DNA of 64,000 bases, taken from assembly GCA_020184695.1 (NCBI GenBank), contig JAANOX010000153.1, positions 1,093,040-1,157,039 on the forward strand, given 5' to 3'. The notes beneath the pieces were generated by a model. That model had not been told where the DNA came from, ran no database searches, and was given only the letters and a program-made list of their open reading frames with translations. Shown here piece by piece: positions 1-10,544 of this stretch. Position 1 is the stretch's first letter, and every line of letters starts with the position of its first letter. The position numbers and the translations under genes are program-made. This DNA comes from Histomonas meleagridis 2922-C6/04-290x (lineage: Eukaryota > Protista > Parabasalia).

Positions 1-2419
1 TATGCTAGCATCAAAAGAAGGTCACATAGAAATCGTTAAATTACTTCTTGAACAAAAAGGAATATATATTAATGAAGCTGAAATTTTTTTATTTCATACA
101 ATAATAGCCTTAAAAATTTAAGGTTTAATATCAATATTTGGAAAATACTTGAAATATTTGATACAGCACTTATAAAGGCATCTCAATGCGGTAATCTTGA
201 AATTGTTAAATTACTTCTAGAACAAAAAGGAATTGATATTAATGCTAAAAATATTTTATTATTTGATATAAAATTTATTTTTTTAATTTGATATATATTG
301 TCATGTTTTGGAGTTTATTTTGTTTGTTTATAACAGCTTTTATGTATGCATCTTCATGTGGTAACATAGAAATCATTAAAATCCTAATAAAGAAAGGTGT
401 AAATATAACTACAACAGATGTTTAAATGAAAAGTTTAATGTTTTTCGGAAATCTTTTTGGTTGTTTATTAATTTTAAGGTGTTTATTAAAAATTATTAAA
501 ACAGCATTCATGTATGCATGTGATTCTGGACAATACGAAACTGTTAAATTTTATCTTGAACGTAATTTATTTGATATCAATTCAAAAGATGTTTGTTTCT
601 ACTATTCAAAGATTATTTTAATCTCAAAATATTTCTAAATAATATTTGGAGACTATTAACAATATTTAATACAGCTCTTATTTTTGCTACAGAAAAAGGT
701 TATGAAGATATTGTTAAATTACTCATTGATAATAAAAAAATTCATATTAATGCTAAAAATATTTATTTGCTTTATATAATATTTGTTTTAACAACATAAT
801 ATTCCAAAATATTGCTTAATGATCATTTAAATAATATCAAACAGCTTTTATTTTTGCATTCAGTAAAAATTATCCAGAAATAGTTAAATTATTTGTTACA
901 CAAAAAGGAATCGATGTAACTGGTGAAAATGTTTATTTATTTTGTTTGAAATTTATTTAAATAATTTGATGTTTTATGATGATATTTGGAAATTGTGTAA
1001 ATTATTTCAGACAGCACTTATTTGGGCAGCTAAACATGGTTTTATAGATATGGCTAAACTTTTCATAAAGAAAAATAAAATCAATGCTAAAGATATTTAT
1101 TTATACAATTAGATATTTATTTAAATAATTTTATATCTCAAAATATTATTTGAGAATCATTTATAAGATTTAAAACACCTCTTATTTATGCATCTGAAAA
1201 TGGTCATATAGAAATTGTTAAATTACTCATTGACAAAATAGGAATACAAATCAATGCTAAAGATATTTATTTGTTTTATTTAAAATTTATTTTAATAATT
1301 TAATATTTTAATATAATATTCCGAAATCATTTGAAAAATTTAGAACAGCACTTATGTATGCATCTAAAAATGGTCATACTGATATTGTTAAATTATTCCT
1401 GAAAAAGAGAGGAATTAAAATCAATGCTCAAGATATTTATTTGTTTTATTTAAAATTTATTTTAATAATTTTATATTTCAAAATAATATTTGGAAATTAT
1501 TTAAATTATTTAGAACAGCACTTATTAGAGCATCTGAAAATGGTCATATAGAAATAGTTAAATTACTTCTTGAACAAAAAGGAAATCATATTAATACTAG
1601 GGATATTTATTTGTTTTATTTGAAATTTATTTTAATAATTTTTTATTTCAAAATAATATTTGGAAATTATTTAAGTTATTTAAAACAGCACTTATTAGAG
1701 CATCTGAAAATGGTGATACAGAAATAGTTAAATTACTTCTTGAACAAAAAGGTATTGATATTAATGCTAAAGATATAAATTATTTTAATAATTTAATATC
1801 TCAATATAATATTTGGAAATTATTTAAATTATTTAAAACAGCACTTATGGAAGCATCTGAAAATGGTCATATAGAAATAGTTAAATTACTTCTTGAACAA
1901 AAAGGAATTGATATTAATGCTAAAAGTATTTATTTGTTTTATTTAATATTTATTTTAATAATTTAATATTATAAAATAATGATTGGAATTGATTTAAATT
2001 ATTTGAAACAGCACTTATGAGAGCATCTTATAATGGTCATACAAAAATAGTTAAATTACTTCTTGAACAAGAAGGAATTGATATTAATGCTAAAGATATT
2101 TATTTGTTTTATTTGAAATTTATTATAATAATTTAAAATTACAAAATAATATTTGGAAATCATTTAAATTATTTAGAACAGCACTTATTTTGGCATCTGA
2201 AAATGGTTATACAGAAGTAGTGAAATTACTTCTAGAACAAAAAGGAATAGATATTAATATTAAAAACATTCATTTTCTTTGAATGATATTTATTTTGATA
2301 ATTTAATATTCTAAAATAACATTTGGAAATTATTTAAATTATTTCTAGCAGCAATTGATAATATAAGAAATTCGAAGTGGTCACAGGAAATAGCTCAAGA
2401 ACTTCTTGAACAAAAATGA
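1..2419 (+). CDS. Ankyrin-repeat gene (5' end outside window) split into 15 coding modules by 14 non-canonical inserts; function as a gene unproven
   Basis: Stop-free modules such as TALIRASENGHIEIVKLLLEQKGIDINAKD start at 163, 333, 501, 671, 841, 1011, 1175, 1345, 1515, 1685, 1838, 2008 and 2178; partial first module 2-82; terminal module 2348-2419 (AAIDNIRNSKWSQEIAQELLEQK*, TGA 2417-2419). Confidence 0.65.
1..2419. repeat. ~170-nt tandem array (90-nt ankyrin module + 80-nt AT-rich spacer)
   Basis: Start-to-start spacings from 163 to 2348 are 170,168,170,170,170,164,170,170,170,153,170,170,170; the later units are much more similar to each other than the early ones. Confidence 0.95.
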
Positions 2420-3791
2420 AGTAATGTTAGTATTAAAGTTTTTTAATATCATCAGAGATATCATTAAAATAGAGATTCAAATCTTATTATACAAAAATAT
2501 CTCATTTTATGATTTAAATAGGCTAAAAAAAATGAAATTACAATGGATAATTTTATATAAAATTAAAATCTTGAACTGATTTTGGAATTTAAAAATGGTT
2601 GAATATGTTTTGATCGTATGTAAACTTTTTGAATATAATTTAATCGTGATGTGTCTGAATTCACCCATCCTTAAATAAGAAATCAAAAAAATTGAAAAAA
2701 GATGTGTCATATTAGAAAAAGCTAAAAAGCCACGTAAAGGTATACTAGGTTTTGCAATGCTTGCTTATATTTGATAATCAATTGTTTGATTTTGAAATTT
2801 CTGTACTTCATCAATATATCAAGGCTTACATAGTGACTTATTTTCCAAATAATTTGATGAAAATCAAGTGGAAAAGGTGTGGATAAATTAAGTTGACCAT
2901 TGTTCATCCAGCTTTTTTTCATGATGTTTGTGTATAAAATTATATTGACATTTCTGGTCTCTATTGAAAAACCTTTTTCTGATGGTGCAACAACGAAGAA
3001 ACAATAGATGGACTTAACATTTAATCCAAAAAGTAATGGTATACACAAAACATTCCAAAATTATTTTGTGTTTATCTTAAATGTGCACATTTAATAAGAA
3101 TCATAAGGATCATATTTATAATAGCGCAAAAATTTTCTTTTCATTCGACAGAAGAATTAGATATTAGTTTTGGGAAAAATGTGTCTCAGTAAGTCATTCT
3201 TTTATATTTATGAATGATTCCAATCCAAATTAGTTAAACTTCTTTTTGAAAAAAGTACATTAATTTTTTTGCTCAAAAAATATCCATTTAACGTCTGATG
3301 TTAAACATTGAAAAATTATTCAATCAAACTTTTTCAATGAAAATTTTCATTGAAAAATTTTTTGGTAAATAACGTTTTGATAATAAAAAACAGATGTCAG
3401 TGGTTTATACAAACTTTTTCAATAGCATGTAAAAAATATCGCTCACTCCTTGGTTCCATGCGGACCCAATTTCTTTCACATTTATTGCATATATGTTTGT
3501 ACGGGCATATGGTGGGCACTCAAGAGACCTTAAAATTAGCGAGCAATATTCAATATCAAAAATTTAATTTCCAATTACCTCTAAGTATCAAGTCAAATAA
3601 ACCTAAACTTAAGTTTCGACAAGGGCTAGAGAGTTACTTCTTATTTCATTTGAATTATTATAATAAAATTTCAACACACAAGGATTAATAATACTTTTTC
3701 AATTTTTTTTGCATCAACAAATTGTATAACATGCTTTTCCCAAAACTAATATCTATATCTGTAAAATCTGTTTGGGTATTCTCTTCCAAAT

Positions 3792-4001
3792 TCAAACCAT
3801 AAAATGAAATCTAATAGAAGTAACTACGGAAGGAATTTCATATGAATTACCTTTTTTACCTATTGGATAATAGTAAATAGTTTCAACACCCTTATCATAA
3901 AAAATATTTTCTCCAATTATAACTGATTTTAAATTTGTACAATGAAAAAATGCATAAGATCCAATCGATGTTACAGAATCACCAATTACAACTGAAAGAA
4001 T
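3792..4001 (-). pseudogene. BspA/TpLRR leucine-rich-repeat fragment
   Basis: Translation ILSVVIGDSVTSIGSYAFFHCTNLKSVIIGENIFYDKGVETIYYYPIGKKGNSYEIPSVVTSI resembles the BspA genes at 13-17 kb; no ATG start, no signal peptide or anchor, apparent internal deletion. Confidence 0.7.
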
Positions 4002-4110
4002 TCTTTCCCGAGAACCGTTTACCTCAAAAACCTTAAAACGGTAAATTTTACCCTTTCTCAAGTTGGTCGGATTGTTGCATGTAACGTATCGTTACGGTTT
4101 TGACAAAAAT

Positions 4111-5277
4111 ATGGATCAAATCCCATTTATCAGTGCACGTATTGTAGAACTAGAATCCATAATGAGCGAGAAGAAACGTAACATTGCTCGTCTTCAAGCA
4201 CAAAGAAATGAATTAAACATGCAAGTCAGAGATTTAAAAGATGAAATTTTTCATCTTCAAGAAAATCCATCTGATGTAGCAGAACTCATCAAAAAAGTAG
4301 GTAAAAATAGAGCTCTTGTTAGTAATAATCATGAAGGCAAATACCTTGTAATGGTTGATGACGATGTTGATATCAGTGGAGTTCAATCTGGCACACGTGT
4401 TGCTCTTCGTAGTGATACTTCTGTTCTGCATCGTATTTTACCCACTAAAGTGGATCCATTAGTTGCCTTAATGAAAGTCGATAAAGTTCCAGATTCCACA
4501 TACGAAATGATTGGTGGCTGTGACAAACAAATTAAAGAAATCAAAGAGGTTATTGAACTTCCTATCAAGCATCCAGAATTATTTGAATCAGTCGGTATTG
4601 CCCAACCAAAAGGTGTTCTTTTATATGGTCCACCAGGAACAGGAAAAACTCTTTTAGCACGTGCAGTTGCTCACCACACTGATACAACATTTATTCGAGT
4701 ATCAGGATCTGAACTTGTACAAAAATATATTGGTGAAGGAGCACGAATGGTTCGAGAACTCTTTGTAATGGCACGTCAGCATGCTCCATCCATTATTTTC
4801 ATGGATGAAATTGATTCAATCGGAAGCAGTCGAGGCCAAGGCAAACGTAGTGACAGTGAAGTACAACGTACGATGCTTGAATTGTTGAACCAACTTGATG
4901 GATTTGAGTCATCCAACAACATCAAAGTTATTATGGCAACAAATCGAATCGATTGTTTGGATCAAGCATTGTTACGCCCAGGAAGAATTGACAGGAAAAT
5001 AGAGTTTCCAAACCCAGGCGATGCCGGTAGACTGCAGATTTTGCGAATCCATTCGAGAAGAATGAATCTCCAACGAGGTATTGACCTCAAAAGAATTGCT
5101 GCGGAAACAAGCGGCGCTTCCGGCGCTGAGCTAAAGGCCGTGTGTACAGAGGCGGGAATGTTCGCGCTGAGAGAAAGAAGAGTACACGTGACACAGGAGG
5201 ACTTCGATATGGCTGTGTTTAAGGTAACGAAGAAGGACGATAAGCGTAGTATGAGTATAAAGCAAATGCTGAAGTAA
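4111..5277 (+). CDS. RPT6: 26S proteasome AAA-ATPase subunit Rpt6 (PSMC5)
   Basis: Walker A GPPGTGKT, Walker [37 protein letters not shown]-terminal [11 protein letters not shown] at 4111 preferred; the track start at 4063 is a TTG. Confidence 0.95.
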   Translation: MDQIPFISARIVELESIMSEKKRNIARLQAQRNELNMQVRDLKDEIFHLQENPSDVAELIKKVGKNRALVSNNHEGKYLVMVDDDVDISGVQSGTRVALRSDTSVLHRILPTKVDPLVALMKVDKVPDSTYEMIGGCDKQIKEIKEVIELPIKHPELFESVGIAQPKGVLLYGPPGTGKTLLARAVAHHTDTTFIRVSGSELVQKYIGEGARMVRELFVMARQHAPSIIFMDEIDSIGSSRGQGKRSDSEVQRTMLELLNQLDGFESSNNIKVIMATNRIDCLDQALLRPGRIDRKIEFPNPGDAGRLQILRIHSRRMNLQRGIDLKRIAAETSGASGAELKAVCTEAGMFALRERRVHVTQEDFDMAVFKVTKKDDKRSMSIKQMLK

Positions 5278-5385
5278 GGGATAAATTAATAAATTTTTTA
5301 AATAAGAAAAATGGTCCAATTTGTTCACTCAATGACGAGATCATATTGAATATGGGAAAAAAAATTTGATATAAATCAAAAAAAT

Positions 5386-5458
5386 TGCCTGCGAGCGGAG
5401 TCGGACCGCCGACCTTTCGCTTACAAGGCGAACGCAATAACCACTATGCTACGCAGGC
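5386..5458 (-). tRNA. tRNA-Thr (anticodon UGU), 73 nt, no intron
   Basis: Minus strand folds as GCCTGCG acceptor / GCATAGTGGTTATTGC D-arm / TTCGC-CTTGTAA-GCGAA anticodon arm / GGCGG-TCCGACT-CCGCT T-arm / CGCAGGC-A, followed by a T7 Pol III terminator. Confidence 0.9.
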
Positions 5459-5769
5459 TTCTGTTTTTAAAATAATAATATAATATATTATATATATGAA
5501 AATTCAAAAAGATGAAATAATTTGTTCATTGTTAATAGATTTAAAATGAAATGTATGTAAGCAAATCAAATATGATATAACAAAATAAAAAAAATTAAAT
5601 GTGTTATATTATTTGGCAACAATTAAAAAATATTGAAATTTCAATTTTTCATTAAATATTAATATCAAATTGATTATGGAATTAAAAGTGAAAGTGCTTT
5701 TAGAAATAGATGATTTATTAACTTCTATTACAAATAAAATAGAAATGTTCATTTAAATCAAACAATTGA

Positions 5770-6201
5770 TTAGAATTTGCCAAAGAAAAATACAAACCAT
5801 ACAATAACGATTTCGATAAAGATTAGAACTATAGCTAAAATTAACGATTGTAAATTTGTCTTTGATTTCTTTTTGTTCTTTTTCTCAGTTACAAGTTTCT
5901 GTCCTGGTGAAATAAACTTTTTTAATTCTTCGAAACATTCTTTTAGTTCTTCATGTCTGATTTCAAGGCATTTTAAAGATGGTTCATTTAGTCTTGAAAT
6001 TCCTATATTTTTTTCATCCTCTTCTTCTTTCATACTTTCCTTTTCCTGTTCTCTTTTATCGATCTGTTTTTGTTGTGAAATGTAATATTGAATAAAATGT
6101 TGAGGAGTACCAGAAGCGCATTCATTTGGAACTACTACTCTTTTAGCGCCATTAACAAATAGATGTTTTTGTTCATTTTGCGTTGTCTCATTTTGTTTCA
6201 T
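5770..6201 (-). CDS. Hypothetical tail-anchored membrane protein
   Basis: Charged helical body, poly-Lys, then hydrophobic C-terminus LILAIVLIFIEIVIVWFVFFF; ATG at 6201 chosen over upstream 6246. Confidence 0.6.
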   Translation of the reverse strand: MKQNETTQNEQKHLFVNGAKRVVVPNECASGTPQHFIQYYISQQKQIDKREQEKESMKEEEDEKNIGISRLNEPSLKCLEIRHEELKECFEELKKFISPGQKLVTEKKNKKKSKTNLQSLILAIVLIFIEIVIVWFVFFFGKF

Positions 6202-6292
6202 TTTTTTTTTCACAAATGGAAAATTGAAATAAACATTAACGTTCATAAAAAACGTTTAGATAAAACCGTTAAAGATTGATTCAAATCATATT

Positions 6293-7813
6293 TTAGTTTT
6301 CATAAGATTCTATTTCCTTAATTAAAGCCTGTGGATATTGAGGCGAATAATATCTCACAGCTTGTTCAGGATAACAATTATTAATAGCGTCTATATAATC
6401 TCTTAATTTTGATCCGGGCTCTGCTTGTATCTTTTGTACTGCTTGGAATCCACCCGAAGTTACGAATGGAACTCTTGCCTTTGGATTCTTTGGCAATAGT
6501 TTCGATATTTGTTCGAGAGCATATTTCAAAATATTTTCAGGCGCTGTTGTAATTAGAGGTTGTAATGCCTCGATTTCAGTTGTTTTTTCGATGATGAATT
6601 TTAGTGCTCTTTTTGTCTTCAACTTTAAATCTTCTGAAGCATTTTTATCATTATGTGCATCTAATAATAATGAAAGTGCATTTAAAGATGTTAAAGTTGA
6701 AGCATGTTCAGGTGAATGCTTTCCAAGTTGTCCTAATGTCCAAGCAGCTGCTGCTTTAACATAATCAAGTTTAGATGAAACAAATACATTTAACACTGCT
6801 GCTGGTGCTCCTTCATTTATTAATGCTGTAGCAAGTGTTTGTGAAAATGAGGCAATGTAACCGATGGACATTATCGCATGTAATGGATCATTACCCATCT
6901 CTGGTTTAAGATATTGGACAAGTGCTGCAGCACCACCAATGTTGATTACAAGTTGTGCAAGTTCTTGCGTATGTTTAACAATCTCTCGAATAAGTGTCGC
7001 AGCGGCTTTACGGACGTTTTTGTCTTTGTCTTTAAGACAACGAAGTGCATTCGGAAAGATTTCGCCTTCGACAACAAGTTCAGCTGAATCAACTGAATGC
7101 TTGGCAATGTGCGCAAGAGTGGTGCAGACTTGTTGCTTAAGTTTGGGATCCGCTACGCCAAGTAATGGAGCAATGTTTGGAATGGCTCGTGAATCAATTA
7201 CTGATTGTGCAAGTTCGGCGTTATGCTTGGCAATATCACCTAAAGTGGCAACAGAGATACGGCGAAGTGAAAGTTCGGGGTCTTGAACAGCTGTAATAAG
7301 GAATTGGACGGCATTTGCATCAACAACTGATTGAGCAAGATCAGGTGAATGAGTGGCAATAAAGCCTAAGGCCCATGCAGCTGATTCACGTACCTTGTTG
7401 TCAAAAGATTCAAGACATTTGACAAGAGGATCAAGTGCTCCAGCATCAACACATTTCTGAGCAAGGCTAGTAGAATGCTTAGAAATTGTACGTATAACGA
7501 AACATGCATTACGCTTATAATAGTTTTCGTTTGTACTAAGACCATTAACAATTTCTGGAAGAATTCCTGATTCAACGATTTGTTCTGCTATTTGTTCACT
7601 ATAATTAGCAAGGCGTCCTATAGCAAGAGCAGCAGTTTGTTGGATCGCAGGGACTTTATCAAGAAGTAATGGACGAAGTAATGAAAGTACACCACAATCC
7701 ATTAAATTTGTTATATTTTCGGATCTACTTGCTTGCTCAGCTACAGTCTGTACGAATTCTCTTCTTGCCTTTTGGTACTTATCAAACACTTGTAATAGTT
7801 GTCTTGAAGACAT
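6293..7813 (-). CDS. SPAG6: Sperm-associated antigen 6 / PF16, central-pair armadillo protein
   Basis: MSSRQLLQVFDKYQKARREFVQTVAE, IQQTAALAIGRLANY, FVTSGGFQAVQKIQAEPGS and VRYYSPQY match SPAG6/PF16 end to end. Confidence 0.95.
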   Translation of the reverse strand: MSSRQLLQVFDKYQKARREFVQTVAEQASRSENITNLMDCGVLSLLRPLLLDKVPAIQQTAALAIGRLANYSEQIAEQIVESGILPEIVNGLSTNENYYKRNACFVIRTISKHSTSLAQKCVDAGALDPLVKCLESFDNKVRESAAWALGFIATHSPDLAQSVVDANAVQFLITAVQDPELSLRRISVATLGDIAKHNAELAQSVIDSRAIPNIAPLLGVADPKLKQQVCTTLAHIAKHSVDSAELVVEGEIFPNALRCLKDKDKNVRKAAATLIREIVKHTQELAQLVINIGGAAALVQYLKPEMGNDPLHAIMSIGYIASFSQTLATALINEGAPAAVLNVFVSSKLDYVKAAAAWTLGQLGKHSPEHASTLTSLNALSLLLDAHNDKNASEDLKLKTKRALKFIIEKTTEIEALQPLITTAPENILKYALEQISKLLPKNPKARVPFVTSGGFQAVQKIQAEPGSKLRDYIDAINNCYPEQAVRYYSPQYPQALIKEIESYEN

Positions 7814-8295
7814 TTTAGGAATAACATAACGTACAAAACGTATTGAAAAGTGCCAAAAATCCGTTGACAAACGATAGATAAATTAAATGACCAGTAAAAC
7901 TGTTTTCCACAGAAAAAACCATCGTCATTCTGAAATTTCTATCGTTCATCAAAGTTGAACTTTGTTTTAACATTATTGAACTCTATAATTGCAGGATTAA
8001 ATAAAAATTACAAAATAAATCACTAATACTCATAGCTTTTGCATTAGTAGTGAATAAGGATGTATTTTACATAATTGTTTGTGACTTTTCCTTAACCGAA
8101 AATGATGTTCAAATTAATTTGAAGTTTAACTATTTTTTTATATCTATTTTGTAATGCATAAATAAGTGCTGTCCAAAATAATTTAAATAATTTCCAAATG
8201 TTATTGTGAAATATTAAATTATGATTCCGAGGCATTTTCAGAATTTACTGAAACATAAATATTTTAAAAAGATTACGATGTCACTTTTTATTTTT

Positions 8296-10449
8296 CTATT
8301 CTTTTTTCTTATCAACTTCAAGTTCGTTTGAAGCTTCTTTTTCTAGGTCAAATTCATATTTTGGATATTTTGCCTTTAATGCCTTTGCGACTTCATTACC
8401 CATATCTTCATCAGCGCATAATTTAGTTGCGAAAACATAAACATCTAATGCCTTCTTAAATTCTATTTCATTCTCATCTATAGCCTTTAACAACATAACT
8501 TTTGCTTCTTTATATTGTCCAATGAAAACATTTCCTCTTGCAGAAGCATAAATTTCATCAAATGTCTGTGGTGTTTTCTTGTTTTCTTTATATTCTTCAT
8601 TTACAACTTGTTTCACCATTTCATGCCATGTGTTACTTTCTTTCATAAGTTTCTCCATTGCAGGTGACGCTGTATATATATATGGTGTATCTGAAAGTTT
8701 GCAAAAACATTTTAATGCTTGAACAATCATTTTGTTAGCACAGAATATTACACAACCCATAGCCATCGCTTGTGGTGTACAACTTAATGATCTCATTGCT
8801 ATTGGCTTTGCTTCTTTTTCTTTCTTATCTTTGATCGAAAGTGAAAGTAACATTTCAATCGCTTTCGCTAATGAATCATTACGTTCAATAACATTCATCT
8901 CTTCAATCATGGAAAGAAGTGCATATGGACGACGCCATGCCCATCCAAGATAATTATATTGGTTCTTACGATAATCTTCGAAATGTTTTAAGATGCCATT
9001 ATACATTTTCGTTGCAAATTCAATGTCATTATCTCGAAGTGCACTTAAACCTGACTTAAGATAATATGTGTTGAATTGTGTCTCATATAATAATTGTTTG
9101 CCACTCTCTTCGCCTGCAAAGAGTGATGCTTCATACTCTGCTTTCCGGCGATAACCACCAAGCAAAAGCATTTTAACATAAAGATTATTAGTGTTACGAT
9201 CTGCTGGATCAGCTTCACTAAGTGCAGCTGAACATTCAATAGCAGAATGGATACGTCCATTACGACAATGGAAACGTGCTTTCCATGCAATAAGTTCAAT
9301 ACATGTGGGCGTATGCTGAAGACCTTCATCAAGTTCACGAATGGCTGATTCATAATCTCCATGATATCCATAAAAATGTGCTGCAAAAAGATGGACAATG
9401 GGAACAGATGAAAGAGGTACTTCAAAGGAACGAACAAGTTCAAGAGCTACTTGAAGTTTCTCTTTGGAAAGTTCAGAAATAGTCATATATGTGGACGGGG
9501 CACCCTTAATGATGAGCGGCTTAACGCGCTCTATTAAGAGCGGTTTAAAACGTTCGTCGTTGATGTCAATGAGCTCCAACACTCGAACGTGGGCATAATG
9601 AGACTTATATTGATCTTTAATACGAAGTAACTCATCAATTATAGAATCTTTGGGAATTATTTCCTCAAGTATATCAAAGTAATCTCCATTTTCAGGATAA
9701 ACTTTGATCAAATCATGAATTAATGGAATGGATTCTTGGGAGCGGCCAAGCTTATTAAGACAATTTACTTTATCTTCTAGCATCGTTTCTTTATCGCGAA
9801 TAATTTCTTTGTTTGTATCAAGGAATTTAATACATTCCTCATATTGATTAGAACGTATCATTAAGACGGCTCTGAAAAGACAAAATTCTGACCTTAATAA
9901 TTCATCGTCATCATTTTGTGCTGGACGCCATCCTTTTTGATAAGTATCAAGAAATTGATTTGCAAGTTCGTAGCGACCATTGATTGCTAAAGCAAAAGCA
10001 TATCTGCAAATGGTATATTGGGTTGGGTTATTCTTAAAGATTGAGCATGTGTCTTTAAGAAATTGATTGTATTGCCTTTCATAAAGTTCGAGATTTGCAA
10101 TATCATTTAAAACTAAATAATTTTTGTTGTCTAATGAGAAGGATTGGCGAAGACATTGTAAAGCACGAGTGTACTCTGTCATGTCTTTATATAATAATCC
10201 AGATATTCTCCAAACTTTTGCATTTTTCATACCAAGCCTGTTTGCATCCATCATCATTTTGATTGCTACATCTTTGTTTTTAGCTTGGTCTTTGTGATAT
10301 GTGAAGTAAGATTCCCATGCAAGTGCTTCTGTACATTGTGGACTCTTTTTCAAAAGCTGCTTTGTCAATCGTAGTCCACGAGCGAACTCTCGCGTCCCTT
10401 GTAGATGTGCGATTTCTTGGAGTTTTTTGGCCTCTTCTTTAGACGCCAT
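8296..10449 (-). CDS. NAA15: NatA N-terminal acetyltransferase auxiliary subunit (TPR protein)
   Basis: N-terminal TPRs; HTPTCIELIAWKARFH, ADPADRNTNNLYVKMLL and KHFEDYRKNQYNY align with the conserved NAA15/Nat1 motifs. Confidence 0.8.
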   Translation of the reverse strand: MASKEEAKKLQEIAHLQGTREFARGLRLTKQLLKKSPQCTEALAWESYFTYHKDQAKNKDVAIKMMMDANRLGMKNAKVWRISGLLYKDMTEYTRALQCLRQSFSLDNKNYLVLNDIANLELYERQYNQFLKDTCSIFKNNPTQYTICRYAFALAINGRYELANQFLDTYQKGWRPAQNDDDELLRSEFCLFRAVLMIRSNQYEECIKFLDTNKEIIRDKETMLEDKVNCLNKLGRSQESIPLIHDLIKVYPENGDYFDILEEIIPKDSIIDELLRIKDQYKSHYAHVRVLELIDINDERFKPLLIERVKPLIIKGAPSTYMTISELSKEKLQVALELVRSFEVPLSSVPIVHLFAAHFYGYHGDYESAIRELDEGLQHTPTCIELIAWKARFHCRNGRIHSAIECSAALSEADPADRNTNNLYVKMLLLGGYRRKAEYEASLFAGEESGKQLLYETQFNTYYLKSGLSALRDNDIEFATKMYNGILKHFEDYRKNQYNYLGWAWRRPYALLSMIEEMNVIERNDSLAKAIEMLLSLSIKDKKEKEAKPIAMRSLSCTPQAMAMGCVIFCANKMIVQALKCFCKLSDTPYIYTASPAMEKLMKESNTWHEMVKQVVNEEYKENKKTPQTFDEIYASARGNVFIGQYKEAKVMLLKAIDENEIEFKKALDVYVFATKLCADEDMGNEVAKALKAKYPKYEFDLEKEASNELEVDKKKE

Positions 10450-10544
10450 TGAAGCAAAAGTGACGAGACCAAGCCTATCGTTCGATTATGGTAAAGCACG
10501 TTAAAATTCACTTTTTGAATTTATTCAAATTTTTGCTTTGGAAA

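Noticed and set aside
426-1551. Track ORFs 426-638, 593-799 and 1354-1551 as separate small genes
   Set aside because: They are single ankyrin modules read into adjacent spacers.
83-2347. Stop-codon reassignment or readthrough as the explanation for the ankyrin spacers
   Set aside because: 80 nt is not a multiple of 3, and conserved genes in the window end normally at TAA or TGA.
1-2419. Reading the 170-nt array as a CRISPR-like repeat-spacer array
   Set aside because: The conserved part encodes ankyrin modules, the spacers are homologous to each other rather than unique, and the context is eukaryotic with no cas genes.
2507-3688. Short ORFs and a slightly GC-richer patch (3437-3650) with a Cys-rich minus-strand stretch (ICPYKHICNKC) and LDEQW near 2900; possible transposase relic or ncRNA
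   Set aside because: No continuous domain, terminal repeats or snRNA motif could be recognised; a tblastx or Infernal search is needed.
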